Made by a program: the position numbers and the translations under genes. From NCBI RefSeq assembly GCF_009834535.1, contig NC_045698.1, positions 10,666,001 through 10,730,000 on the forward strand: 64,000 nucleotides of DNA, read 5' to 3'. This DNA comes from Camelus ferus. Its lineage: Eukaryota. Under the pieces are notes generated by a model. The model was not told where the DNA came from. It saw only the letters and a program-made list of their open reading frames with translations, and ran no database searches. Below are positions 39,817 to 52,369 of the stretch, in pieces; within the stretch, counting starts at the first letter, position 1; every line of letters starts with the position of its first letter.

Positions 39817-40207
39817 TGAAGGAGTAGGAAGCAAACTAACAAACTGGCCTCCCTGATGCTAAAACTGCTTGCTGATTCATTCTTTACCGAGAATAGCTTT
39901 AACCCAGAGGCTGTGCTCCAGGAAGGAGATAATGGGCTGATAATCTCAAAAGAATGGACAGACCTTCCCAGACTCATCCAGGTTATGTAACACCCTGTGA
40001 AACGTCCTGATCGTTATCACCTTTTCTGTTCCATCCAGTTTTTCTATAAAACCTCAAGACCCCACCTGCAAGATGGGTTCACAGTCTCTAAGGCATGAGT
40101 CTGTGACTCCCCTTTGACTGGCAAAGCAATAAAGCAGTTCTTTTTAGATTCTCCCCCAACTCTGCCTCTCTGTCTTTCGGGGTACAGAGGCTGGTTTTGC
40201 GGCAACA
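39817..40207 (+). mobile_element. ERV1 solo LTR
   Basis: TG...CA termini, TATAAAA at ~40045, AATAAA at 40128-40133, TSD CAGG/TAGG (one mismatch). Confidence 0.72.
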
Positions 40208-41599
40208 TAGGGAGCAGGAACTTTAAAGTCCAGATAGCTACTGATTGTGACTAGCAGAACAAGTATTTCTCTAGCCATAAAGAAATCAGAGTTATTTTCC
40301 ACGTGAGAACACTTAAAACTGCCTTCCAAGTTGCACTGACTGGGACAGCTCACCACTAGATTACATCGAGTTACAGGCAGTGGCTTCCCACATCCCATCA
40401 CCACCCCCAGACCCCCAGCGGTCCTGGGTCCCAGATGCTACAGGAAGCAAGAGTCCCACTGCAGGGGTGTCCAGACACCCCTCTGTGCCTTGGTCTCACA
40501 CAGTCCACCCAGGAGAACCTGCCCCATCCCACCTGCGAGTTCCACCCCAGGGGATCTGTTTCACATCCATGATCTCTCTTTGGACTCTTGTCAGGTTATC
40601 TTCCTGGGACTGTGGGACACTCTCATTTATGAGCTCTCAAATGACCATAATCACAGCTAATGAGGCAGGTGCATCCAGAAGACCTTTTGATTTTAAGTTA
40701 ACCCAGTCTCTAAGGCACGTGGCACAACCTCCTCCCCTCCCAGCCACCACCACCTTCCCTACATTGTTATTAAAGGTAATTAGGACGAACACTACTTTTC
40801 AACATTACTGCTTTTTCTAACAGCATGGTTTTCTACTCCTCATTACAAACAGACAATATTTTAATAACATTAGGGGTTGTGTAACTTTGGTTGAGTGGCC
40901 TGGAAACCTAACCACGATTTATAAAATTATTTCTACAGCAAAATGTATTCTAAATGAATTTTATGAATTACAGCCAGCCGGTAAGCTGCAGACAATACCA
41001 CAATCCAAACAAACAAACATAAAGCCATAAAAAGGACCACTCTGAGGCTGGTCCACTCCCTGCTGTTTACACAGTAAACATTTAATATACAGAGAGTCGG
41101 AGCAAAACCTAGGAGCCTCATCCCATTGAATTCCAGATGGCATCTCTCTGCTGTCGCCAGGCACCTGGTCTAACTGTAATATTACCCCTAGTACAGCTCC
41201 ACGATGGTTCAGATAATCTTGCCTCCCCCCACAGTCCTCCTGTATTCCAATGCCAAATATTTCGAAGTATTTTTGAATTTTCCAATCACTATTTCATTAA
41301 GGCAAATGGCTGAGAACTGACTGTATTATAATAAAGCATTTTTCCATTTTGAAGGGAAAAAATGAATATGCATTGTATTTGCATTTAGGTAAAAATGCAA
41401 AGAGCTCCCATTTATGGACAATGTAAATGCAGGTGCCCCTGGGGGAGGGAGCCAGAGGAAGAGAAGGGGAGAAAGAGAAGCAATGCTATGCAGGTACCAA
41501 GTATTTATCGTAGCCCCCACTCCCCCAACTCTTATGCATAAATTTGCCTTCTCCCTCAGGCAAGCAATTTAAAACATTTCACTAACTCTATTAGCAAAT

Positions 41600-42890
41600 T
41601 AACATGACTAAGATGGAACTCACTCTCCTCACTCCAAACCAGCTCTTTTAAAGCTGGGTAACACCATCCTCTGCTTCATCTTCTCCCACCCTCTCCCATC
41701 AAGGACCGAGTCCGTTTGATTCTAGATAGCTTTTCTCTGAGCCCTCCCTCCCTGCCCCCCAGCCCTAATCCAGGCTGTCTTCATCTCTCTGGTGGTTGCC
41801 AGAAGAGCCTCTTAATTGGTTTCCCTGGCCTCTGGTCTCACCTCCCTCTAATTCATTAGCCACAATGAAACCAAACTCTCTTTCAAATATGCAAATCCAA
41901 GCACACCACATTCCCATTCAGAACTCTTCAAAGTTCCCCACTGCCCTTAGGATCAAGGCCAAACTCCTTATGCTGATTGACCGGACCCCTCCTGGTCTGA
42001 GTTCTGCTCACCCTGCCACCTGCCCCTCCTAGTCTTGCTCTCTGTCTCAAATATACTCAGCATTGTCATTTTCCACCTGGAACTCTCTTGCTTTCCAGAA
42101 TAGAGGACACACCATTCTTTTTAGATCTCAGCTCTTAGACTGAACCAAAGCTTCCTTGACCCTTTAAGAAGGGTCAAAGATTCCTCCTACAGGATCCCAG
42201 AGTAAACACTCTGAAAAATATCACGAGCCATATCAGTAAACAAAGGATGCTGCGGCCATCAAGTCATCAGCCGCTACCACCACCTCTGACCATGAGGGAG
42301 CGGACGGAATTCAGGATGCAGACAAGCAGGCAGCCCAGCCTCTGCACCACCACCCAGTTGTGTGCCTTGAGGGAGCTCAGGATAGGAAAGAACAGGACAC
42401 TGGCCCTAAATAGCCAGGTGCACATCAAAGGAATGATTTCATGAGCCCAGACCTTTGCACCTTCCCATACATAGAAAAGCGCTAAATTCCTTAATTTGAG
42501 ATGTCTGGTTTTCTCTAATTAACAGTAATCTGGTGTTCTGACTACCTAGTCTTTGTTGCAAAAACTCCTATATATCCTGGCTTCTCCCTTGCCTGGGCAG
42601 AACATCTCTAGAGCAATCTGAGAGGCTGTGTCCTGGGCTCAAGCCTTCAGGAAATCCACCGAATAAAACATAACTCTCAACTTTTAGGTTGTGCATTTTA
42701 TTTCAGTTGACAACACCCTTTTCTTCCTCTATCTCAGACTTGCACATTCCTTGGTAGATGCCTGCCTGTCTGCTTGCCCTCCTAGATTAATCACTGCACG
42801 GGTCAGTCCTTTCTCCTAATCCACCTTTAGTGACTAGCACTGGACAGGCCACATGGTAGGCATCCAAGAAATGTTGAACGAACACATTCA
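41600..42890 (+). mobile_element. L2 LINE remnant, split by the LTR at 42212-42712
   Basis: Typical L2 3' motifs (AGCCTCTTAATTGGTTTCCCTG, CCCACTGCCCTTAGGATCAAGGCCAAACTCCTTA, CACATGGTAGGCATCCAAGAAATGTTGAACGAA). Confidence 0.7.
42212..42712 (+). mobile_element. ERV1 solo LTR inserted into an L2
   Basis: TG...CA termini, TATATA box ~42569, AATAAA at 42662-42667. L2-like sequence on both sides. Confidence 0.78.
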
Positions 42891-43235
42891 TGAAGACCCT
42901 CTTCCCTCTGTAATCCATCCCCCTTTTAATAGTGAAAACACTCCAAAACAATGCATTAAGCACCAGGGGAAGTGGGTTACAACTCTCAACTCATTAAGCA
43001 GCCACCACACTTTGTTTCAAACACCTTGGTGTGTCACTGCCATAACTATCAGTAACTTGAGAAAGACCTGGTCCTATCTGCATGTCTAGATTAGAGAAGA
43101 AGCCAGTGGTACAAGTAACAACCCGCCCTCCCCCACCCCAAACCCATGTCAAACAGCAGCCTGTGATTAAGAGAAAATGAAATTAAACCTATCATTTCAA
43201 AATGCACATGTTACCTAAATCCTAGCAACGCAATT

Positions 43236-43268
<33 letters not shown>

Positions 43269-44769
43269 CCCAACACTACCGAGCAAATCCAGTCTTAAAT
43301 GTCTTTTCCTTAAAGTTAAAAAAAAAAAAAACCCAACAAAAAACAGCATTAATACTGCTGACACACATGTTGTAAAATCCAAGTGTTTCTAGCATCTGTC
43401 CTCCAGCATGCGTCTGCTTGCCTCAACTCAGCTGGCTCTAGTCTAATAAGTCTCCTTAATGCAAGTCACAGAATTAATACAAAGCAAGAAAAGTCAGCTC
43501 TAGCCAAGAATGGGTCAAGGTATAGCAGCCCGCCTGGCTTGAAGTCTTAGCAATTCTGCTTTAAATACGGGGCGCACTACATACTTTTCAAAGTTCTTTT
43601 GTGTCCAGTCTCTGGGTTGCACTTGCAAACGAAGGTACGGAAACCCTCTGTACCCATTTAACAGCTGGGAAAGCTGAAGTCCCCAGAAGTCAAGTTCTTT
43701 GCTCAAAGTCATAGAGCCAGCAGGGGCAGGGATGGAGGTCAAATCCAGAGGGCCTGTCAGGAGCAGGAGCTCTTTCTCTCAGCGATGCTGTGGTCAGCGT
43801 GCAGCACTGCTAGAAACTACAGAGGAGAAGCCACGGGAACTCAGTGCGCCTCTCAGTAAGCATGAACTATTTCCCCTCTCCATCCGCTCTGCCGCTCTCT
43901 CCAAGGTGGGCTTGGAATAGCAGGGAGACCAGGTTACATGGAAGAAGCCATGGTCGGTGGGCTAGAAAAGAGAGAACATTTTCTCTTCCATTTCCCCTAA
44001 TGATCACTAGCTCCACTTTCCCCTAGAACACAGTCAACACCAAATATTCTCCTGTGAGGCTCTAAGCATGAGGCACAAGTCAGAGGAGCCTGGCTGCTCC
44101 GCAAAGGCGCTGATGACACACACAGCTATTCAATCTGTTCATCTTCAAAGTGGGGAAGATGCCCCCCTCGACAGCCCATTCCAGGAGCCCCGGGCAGGAC
44201 CTGGCAGCTTGGAAGGCCAGTTCATTTCTTCTCCTCTCCCACGTGTTCACGTGGAAAGTTTTGGAAAGCACATTTCTTAAGCATCACTGAATTCAGCAGA
44301 AAAAGCACCTTTCTCTGCCTCGCAACCTGTAAGGACAGGTGTCCTCCCAGATGTGCGCAGGTAAAACCAACACACTCCTCCTCCCTGCACTCATGCCTGA
44401 CCCCAAGCGGAGAGCACATCTGGTCCAAAATGTGCTTCTTGAAAAGAAGGAAAGTCCTGAAAGAGTTTGAAAGTATTACATCATGAAAAACGGAGTTGAT
44501 CTCTCAGCATTAAAGGAAGGCTTTAAAAAAAAAGAAATCATTTGAAGGAGTTGAGCACCCTGGGGCTTTGAGAGAAATAGACTGTGGATTCCAGTGCCAG
44601 GAGTCCCAGCATGAGAGGGGGGATGTCCGTGGTGGGACAGGGACACACCCGAACATGGCGCCCGAAGGGGTGGGCCCGGACAACCTTCCCGCCGGACTGT
44701 GGTGTCACACACAGCAGAAGCCTTGAAAAGGTGCCCGTGTGTGGGAGTATTTCCAGTATTAATCCAAAG

Positions 44770-45125
44770 GCTACAAAGATTTCTGAACTAAAATGGCTCC
44801 AGTAACTGAACATCTAATCACATTGGATCAGTTGAGTAAATTATGGTACATCCGTGAGAGAGAATGCCATTAATCATCACATTCGAGATGAATACTTAAA
44901 AATCAAGGGACACTGCCTATGTCCTTGCGTGATGTAACAGCTGGAAAGAGATGACGATGTTGTTTCAAAATACATGCGTGGAAAAGAGATGAGAAGGATG
45001 TGCACTAAAAATAATAAACAGCATTATCTCTAGGCAGTGGGCTTGCAGACAATTCTCATTTTCTTCTTGATATTTTTATTTATTTTCCTTCCTTCTATGA
45101 TAAAAATGGACTAATTAACATTTTT
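44770..45125 (+). mobile_element. Old L1ME-like fragment
   Basis: GTTGAGTAAATTATGGTACATCC ... TTATCTCTAGGCAGTGGG...TTTTCTTCTT. Confidence 0.55.
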
Positions 45126-45163
45126 TTAAAAGAGAGATCCTCTTAAAAAGCCACTGGCTTTCT

Positions 45164-45372
45164 TTCATTTTTTTTAAATCCTAACTTTATTTATTTATTT
45201 ATTGCAATGAAGATTTTCTTTTACTTTTTGGGGGGGTAAACAAAGTTTATTCAAGGAAAAGCAACTCACTGAGAGATAAAACCATTTTAAAGTTTACATA
45301 TTTTGCTGTTCATTGTTTCTAAGAACAGCTTAGAGCTTTAGCTTTTCAAACTTCCATAGTTATCACACGAAT
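45164..45372 (-). pseudogene. 5'-truncated retrocopy of an unidentified polyadenylated RNA 3' end
   Basis: 18-bp TSD (AAAAGCCACTGGCTTTCT 45146-45163 / AAAGGCAACTGGCTTTCT 45373-45390), degenerate poly-T, minus-strand AATAAA at 45246-45251. Confidence 0.6.
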
Positions 45373-45419
45373 AAAGGCAACTGGCTTTCTGAGTAGCTAT
45401 GAAGTTAATGAAAATTCTT

Positions 45420-45835
45420 AAAATGTTGCTAAAACATACATAACACACAATTTATCATTTTAAGCATTTTAAGTGTACAGCTCAGTGGAATTAAGTACAT
45501 TCACAATATTATGCAGCCATGAGCACCGCCCATCTCCAGAACTCTGTCTCCCCAAACTGAAACTCTGCACCCCTTAAACAGTAACCCCCACTTCCTCCCT
45601 CCCCCAAACCCTGGGAAATGCTATTCCCCTTTCTGTCTCCATGAATTTAGACTGTCATAGGTACTGTATCTGAGTGGAAGCCTCCTTCCACACACGCAAA
45701 AGCATGTTCTTTTGTGTCTGGCTTATTTCACTTAGCAGAATGTCCTCCAGGTTCATCTCTGTGTAGCATACATCATAATTCCATTCTTTTCTTTAAGGCT
45801 GAATAAAGAGTCCATTGTACGTATGTACGTATGTT
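45420..45835 (-). mobile_element. L1M (L1MB-like) 3' end
   Basis: CATTTTAAGTGTACAGCTCAGTGG...AAACTGAAACTCTGCACCCCTTAAAC...GGCTTATTTCACTTAGCA...TAAGGCTGAATA. Confidence 0.8.
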
Positions 45836-46194
45836 GTTATATGAGGCTAGCTTTCCAAACAGACTTTAATTTTTAAATTAAATTTTAAAGCATGTCTGAA
45901 AATCAAAATGATGAGCAGTTCACATAACTGAAGGGTGTATTATCAATTGAAGAATTAAAAACACCAAATCGTACAAAATGAGGGGAGGAGTTATTTTACA
46001 CAGAAAGTCAAACTCTCCACCTGCCTTAAATCCACTAAAATCCACAATATTGAGCCATATTTTGCAACAGGAAAGGATAAGAGTGCTACACCCTCTAATG
46101 ACAATGAGTGGCCTCAAACTCAGTCATCAGGGACCAAATGCATGTCATTTCGCTATGAGCAATTAAAAAGGCTTGCTGCAGCACTCGGAACAGC

Positions 46195-46370
46195 GGACGC
46201 TTCGGGAAGGGGCGCCAGACACCTCTGGGCTGATGGAAACGCTCCCTATCTTGATTGGGGAGTGGCTTATATACGGGGGTGCAGTTGTCATTTGTCAAAA
46301 CACATGGGCCTGTGCACGTAAGAGCTGTACGCCTCACTGTATATAAATGATACTTTGATGTTTTAAAAAG
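46195..46370 (+). mobile_element. Old L1M (L1MC/ME-like) 3' end
   Basis: CTGGGCTGATGGAAACGCTCCCTATCTTGATTGGGGAGTGG...CATTTGTCAAAAC...TGTATATAAATGATAC. Confidence 0.65.
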
Positions 46371-47105
46371 GAAAGAAAAACAGGTTCACCAGGCTCCTCC
46401 CCTGAAAGAAGACATATTAAACCTAAAAGAAATTAGACTAAATAAGAATTTGAGGACAACAAAAGGGGTCCTGCAGCTCAGCTACTGATGCTCAAAGCCG
46501 TGGGGTGCTTTAGGGCCCTTCGGTGGATCTCTCTGGTCCCCGGAACAGAGTTCAAGCTCCTTCCTCCTCGCTGCTGATACACTGGTTCATCTAGGGAAGC
46601 TTGGTAAACACCTGGACTAACTACCAACAATGCCAGGGCACCTGCCCAGGTTTGGTAAACAGCCCAAAATGTGTGCAGCCGAGGTGGCATTAACACCCAC
46701 AGGTGTGAGCCTCAGCGTGGGAGTAGTGGCTCCAGGTGACACAAGGCTGCATCAGAAGAGGAAGGGGTGAGAACTACCACCCATCCCAAGAGGAAATCAA
46801 GGGCTCTGCGAGAGCTTGAGGGAACACAGTCGAATGTCAGGTCTGGAGCTGAGAGGAGACCCTTGACTCCCTTATTTTGGACCAAGCTGGCGAGCAAAGG
46901 GGTCTTTCCAGTTGCTTCTGTGCTGGACCTGGCTAGAATCACGGAGGTAAAAGTTACCTCTTTCTTACGAAGCGTGGTTATCTGTTACTCTCTTCTGCAC
47001 TGTTTGTCCTTATAAAATGTCAAGTTTAGGCCACCCATCGTGGGAGGCCACGGTGTCCCAGCCACGGTGAATTTCCTGCCAAACCATTTAAAGCACTCAA
47101 TTTCT

Positions 47106-47137
<32 letters not shown>

Positions 47138-49044
47138 TTGTAATCTGCTATTTTAGATTCCCCACACCACCATTCCCCTCTATTAAAATGCATGACCCAG
47201 TGGCCAACAGATCTCCGGGTTGTTTACAGAGCAGCAGTCAAGAGCATACAAACTTCCTATCACCTTAAAGACAGCTTTGAAAACACAAAACAGCCACACC
47301 TAAGCCAAATGGCAGATGAAAAAAATGACAGTCTGGGACTCAAACACTTAAAAACAAACAAACAGAAACTGACCAGGGATCCAGACAAGCATACTGATGG
47401 GGACTCATCATCATTGAGTTAAGACACAACAGGAGTGACCCACTCTTGTCCTGTAACTGCTCCCGCTGGACCACGAACCTTCTCACATCCTGGGAAGATA
47501 ATGGCCACAAAGCCAACTTCTGCCCCCTCTCCTCCTGGACTCAGCTTGCTCCCTAGAAAAACATCTCCTTAACCTGCTAGTAAACATCCTGCTTTTCAGC
47601 CATTTAATTCTCACTGAATGTCCCAAGAGCCTCACCTCACCCTTCCAGGCGCCTGCAAGAGTTCTTATCCTGGGATTCCCACCTTCACTTTTAACCACCC
47701 CCCAGCCTGGAGTCACAGGTCTCCACTGCCAGCTGCAGTCTCCATCCAAGTAGGATGACGACAGGCAAACTGGAGCCCGAAAGGCACAGGAAGTGCTTTT
47801 CCTGGGAACGTGGGCTTGGAGGTGGATGGGGTGCCCTTGCATCCTTATGCTCAAGAAGAAGGAACCATACACACGGCCCCTCCTCTGACCCTGAGGTTGG
47901 GGACAGAGATGAGGACCCATGTCAGTAAGAGAACCATGCATTCACACCTACAGACCCACCTACAGAAAGGCAACCTGTAACAGCGCCAGGCGTCAGACTC
48001 ATGGAAAACCTTGCCAATACTGTGATCTCAAAATCCCACAAAAACTGTAAAAGCCAGCTAGGACCTGTGAGCTAACTTAGACCAAAATATACTCCCCACA
48101 CAAGAAACGAAGCTGGCCCATCTGGCCCCTGGGACCACGTGGCATTTCTTGGACCAGATGTACGAGCTGTGTCTTGACCACTCATTATCTAAGGGAATAA
48201 ATACTGCCTTTGCCCTGACAAATAGTAGTTAGTTCCCTTCCCAAGATGGACTCAGAAAACATTTTTGGCATGGAGAAGCAACCATATAGAACCAGAAAGC
48301 TGCGATGCAGAAGGCTTCAGCTGACTGAGATAACTATGGTCTTTGTCATTTTAAGCTCATCTGTTCTCAGCATCGTGAGCAGTATTTGGTTGTTGGAACA
48401 GCAGCAGAATGTCCCCCAAACCATGGAAACAGCAGAAAGAAAACAAAACAAAACCCAAACCTGGGGTTTGTATGGCTTGATAGGAAGTCTGCTAATTCCT
48501 TTATCTTGTGGCTGTATTCTCATCTTTGCAGATGGCTGCTATCTGCTTTGGTGACAGGAGTGTGCAGAGAGACTGAGGCAGAGTGACAACCTCCCGATGA
48601 GAACAACCTCTACACAGCTCACTGATTTATCGCCATGACCAGACCCACTGCGTTACTGCCGTTATCTGAGCACCTTGCCATGTGTCATCACAACGGCTCT
48701 GGACAGTAAGGCCTTCTGCTCTGTGATGCTCTGACAGCAAAAGTGTTCCACGTAGGTTTTCTTAACAAGGACCTAACCGGAGAGCAGGGGACGTGTCAAG
48801 TCAGGCAATACTTGCCTAAGTCACAGTTCGCTTACCTGAAATTGACTTGAGAATCTCCCCAGGACAGAAACAAAATTAGGGCAAGGCAGAGCAGAAGAGC
48901 GAAGTGTCCCAAAGTGTAAATGCTTTTTTCCCCGGGGAGGCCTCCAAAATTATTTTTTCTTCATTTTTCCATGGAATCCTAATGAATTTTAGTTTCTCGG
49001 GCCAAGAGCAGGTTCAAAGCAGGAAACTAAAAAGCAAGTATTCA

Positions 49045-49370
49045 TTCTGTATATTTTGTGTTTGCATTTTGTGTTTGCATCTAATCCTAAACTCCCAATT
49101 TACCTCCCCCTGTCACCTTTCTCCTTTGGTAACCATAAATTTGCTTTCTATGGCTGTGAGTCTCTGTTTTGTAAATAAGTTCATTTGTGTCATTTTTTTT
49201 TAGATTCCACATATAAGTGATATATCATCCACTGTATAGCACAGAGAAATATATTCAACAACTTGTAATAATCTATCATAAAAAATATGAAAAATAATAT
49301 ATGTATAACTGAATCACTATGCTGTACACCAGAAACTAACACAACATTGTAAATCAACTATACTTCAATA
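49045..49370 (+). mobile_element. L1 3' UTR with 5' inversion (twin-primed insertion)
   Basis: 49045-49228 is antisense L1 3' UTR and 49229-49370 is the sense terminal segment. Perfect 16-bp TSD AAAAAGCAAGTATTCA at 49029-49044 and 49371-49386. Confidence 0.9.
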
Positions 49371-50562
49371 AAAAAGCAAGTATTCAACACATATTAGCTA
49401 TTTTTATTAATAATTATTTTATTGTTTTTATTTTACCAGTTAGTGCCCAACTCTTTGTTAAGTATTTTGAATATCACCTGTCAGTGGATATCCTGTCAGC
49501 CGATCATCCAACACAACATTCACAAGCCACCAAAAAATGTCCATCGCTTTTAGTATATAGTATTTATTCAATAAGGTAGAGAAATGTGCAGTATAGATTT
49601 CTAGCAACAATAATCTTGTACTGAAAAAAGAAAAAGAAAACCAGTGATCTGCATTTTAAAGGGTGAGCTTCAGTTATCAAGAAAATGCACTCACAGAGGT
49701 AGCCCGTCTCCAGGAAATGCTGCACAAAACAGGGTTTTCTGTGCTTCTGTTGCATCTCCACATCAACTAATAAAGTCACAGGTATTAAAAAAATACCAGG
49801 TTGATTTCTTAAAATGGAGACATGACACAAGGCACTTCTGGTATGAGTTTAATGAGGTCTATTTATTCCAGCTCACATAGGACATTAAAAGGATGATTTC
49901 CCATCCGTGATCTCTTGCTCTTCCATCCCAACAAAACCTGCCCTGCTGCCCCAGGTCACACAAGGTAGAGCAAAATGACCGGGAAGCCAATTCTTGGCCA
50001 CTAACATAAAATTGGGCTCATGACATCAAAAAAGGGAGATGGTACCGTGGATAGACACTCCTTGGTACACTTTTAAAACCGCTTTTAAAGGATTTGATGT
50101 ACTATGAGAAAGAGATTTAGCTACTGTCTCATGGTATGAAGGATCCGATTATCTTCAGAAGGATGTGCTTTGGAAGAAGTCTGACAAATGTAGCAGTTAG
50201 AGTTAGGTTGGTCACTGAACCACCTCAATAAATAAATGAGTCAAGAAACAAACCGCTCAATTATACCTTTGTGGCTCTAGAAATAATCTACTCACCTAAG
50301 TGCAGTGAGAGGTACTTTAAATGCAGGAGTACATCTAAAGAAAACTGGGAAACACAGTGGAGAAGCGAGTATCAATTGGACTAAGGAGGTCACAGTGCCC
50401 TTCACTAAATATGGACTGCCAGTGACCTCATCTCCTATGTATGAATGAGAAATGGAAATAGGCACCAAGTTATGCCAGGCACAAAGCCCAAGGCAGCCAG
50501 AGAGAACGCATTATCTACTTACTGCACAAAGATGCTCTGTGAAACACACATACATGTATATA

Positions 50563-50620
50563 TGCGCGTGTGTGTGTGTGTGTGCGTGCATGTGTGTGTG
50601 CGTGTGTGTGTGCATGTGTA
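50563..50620. repeat. Imperfect (TG)n microsatellite
   Basis: Seen directly. Confidence 0.9.
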
Positions 50621-52235
50621 TCCTCAATTATGTCAAAAAAAAAAATTGGCAGGAGATACCCAAAATGTTAAAGTTTTTCTCTTTTTCAATTTAGAGTGGA
50701 ATTAAAGGTATTTATACTTTTTTCCTCCATTTAAAAAATAACCAAACTTTAAACAGCATGCATAAGTTTTATAATTAGAAAAAAAAAAAGGTTATTTTGA
50801 GATCTATTCCATTAACATCAAACAGACTGGAGGGTAAAAAAGTCCCCCATCTACAGTTACTTAGAAATTTAACCAGGGATTTACTCTTTTGTCTGTAAGC
50901 ACTTTGGAAAGTGGTGCATCCAGTGGACACTTTTGTTATTCCTTAGGGTGAGCGCTGCCTGGGGAGGTCTCTTCCATCACTCAGTGACCTTGAATGGAGA
51001 GTCTCTTCCGGGTCGTGGCCAGTGCCAGGCACAACACTCACTTCTTAAACATTCCTGTACCTCCTGGTTTAACGGTGACGTTTTCTAGGGGGTGGGGGTG
51101 CATTGCTCTGCTTAGTAGACAAGGAGAACATTGATCAAGCTCCTCTTCCTGGTCTTTTCTTTTTTCCCATTTTGTGATGTTGGTAATTTGAGACCTTCTT
51201 ATACCAGTGGAGGCCTAACTCTAGGTTTCTGAAGTTAGAAAGGGGGGCTGAAGAAACACATCTCACTCCAATATGTAACAATGCATATACAAAACTCTTC
51301 ATTCACAGATAAATCCCTTGGGTCTCTGAATGATCCTATTGGACCCACCCAAACTCAGTCATTCACCCAGGACCATCCGAAATACCTCAGGTTATCACTT
51401 GAGGGTCAAAGAGGAGACCAGGACCTGGCACTGGCAGAACACATTGCTTCTTAAGTGAGAAGATTTCAAGTCTTCATAGCAAAGCTGTCTTTAATATTTT
51501 GAGTGTCATTAGGTACCTTTAAAAAAATCACTGATTTATTCTACATAATTTGGTGAACTTGGCTTTTAGGGAGTGCAAAGACTTTCTAAGTTTAATTTTA
51601 AACAGAAATCACTGTCCTTTGAATATGGTGAGAACAAAGGGACATTTGTCCCAAATACATTGTCCAACATATACCTTAGTGTCTTCTCTCTTTCCTTAGC
51701 AATCTCTGCTGCTCTAATGATAAAGATTTAAGTGATTTCTGAATAACTTTATTGTGAAGTATCAGTTGTTGCTTATCTTTCCCCCTCCTTTTTAACCAAA
51801 GGCTATGCCAATCTCATCAAAATAAGATACAGCATTGGTTTCATTGTTTATCTGGCTACTCTGGCCCTTCTTACATGAAACTCGGTCACAATCTCCCTTT
51901 CCTGAGAGTCCTCATTATGAGTGTGTTACATCCATTGAGACTTTAAAATTCAAATATGACAGCTGAGATTAAATTTAAACCAAGGCTGGGCCTCAAAAAA
52001 GCCAGAACTTACTTCCAAATTTCTAAGAACTCCTGGGCGGGTCTCAGTGAGAAAGCAGAGAGGAGAATGGCTAAGGACCAGGCGGCCACGGTTTGAACCT
52101 CGACTCCGTCGGGACTGCCTGTGTAAACCTGCACAAGTGTATTAACACTCCTGGCCTCTTATTCTTTCCTCATACGTAACATGCGCTGAGATGTTCAAAG
52201 CACAGACTCAGTGATCAATGAATGGGAGTGATGAT

Positions 52236-52369
52236 TTTTTTTTTTTTTTTTTAGTGGAGGGAGGTAATTAGGTTTATTTATTTATTCTTAGACGAGGTAC
52301 TGGGGATTGAACCCAGGACCTCATATATGCTAAGCATGCTCTCTACCACTTGAGCTGTACCCTCCCCCC
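52236..52369 (-). mobile_element. tRNA-derived SINE (Vic-1-like)
   Basis: Poly-T, GAGGTAATTAGGTTTATTTA, GGGGATTGAACCCAGGACC, ...GAGCTGTACCCTCCCCCC. TSD-like AGTGATGATT / AGCAATGATT. Confidence 0.88.
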
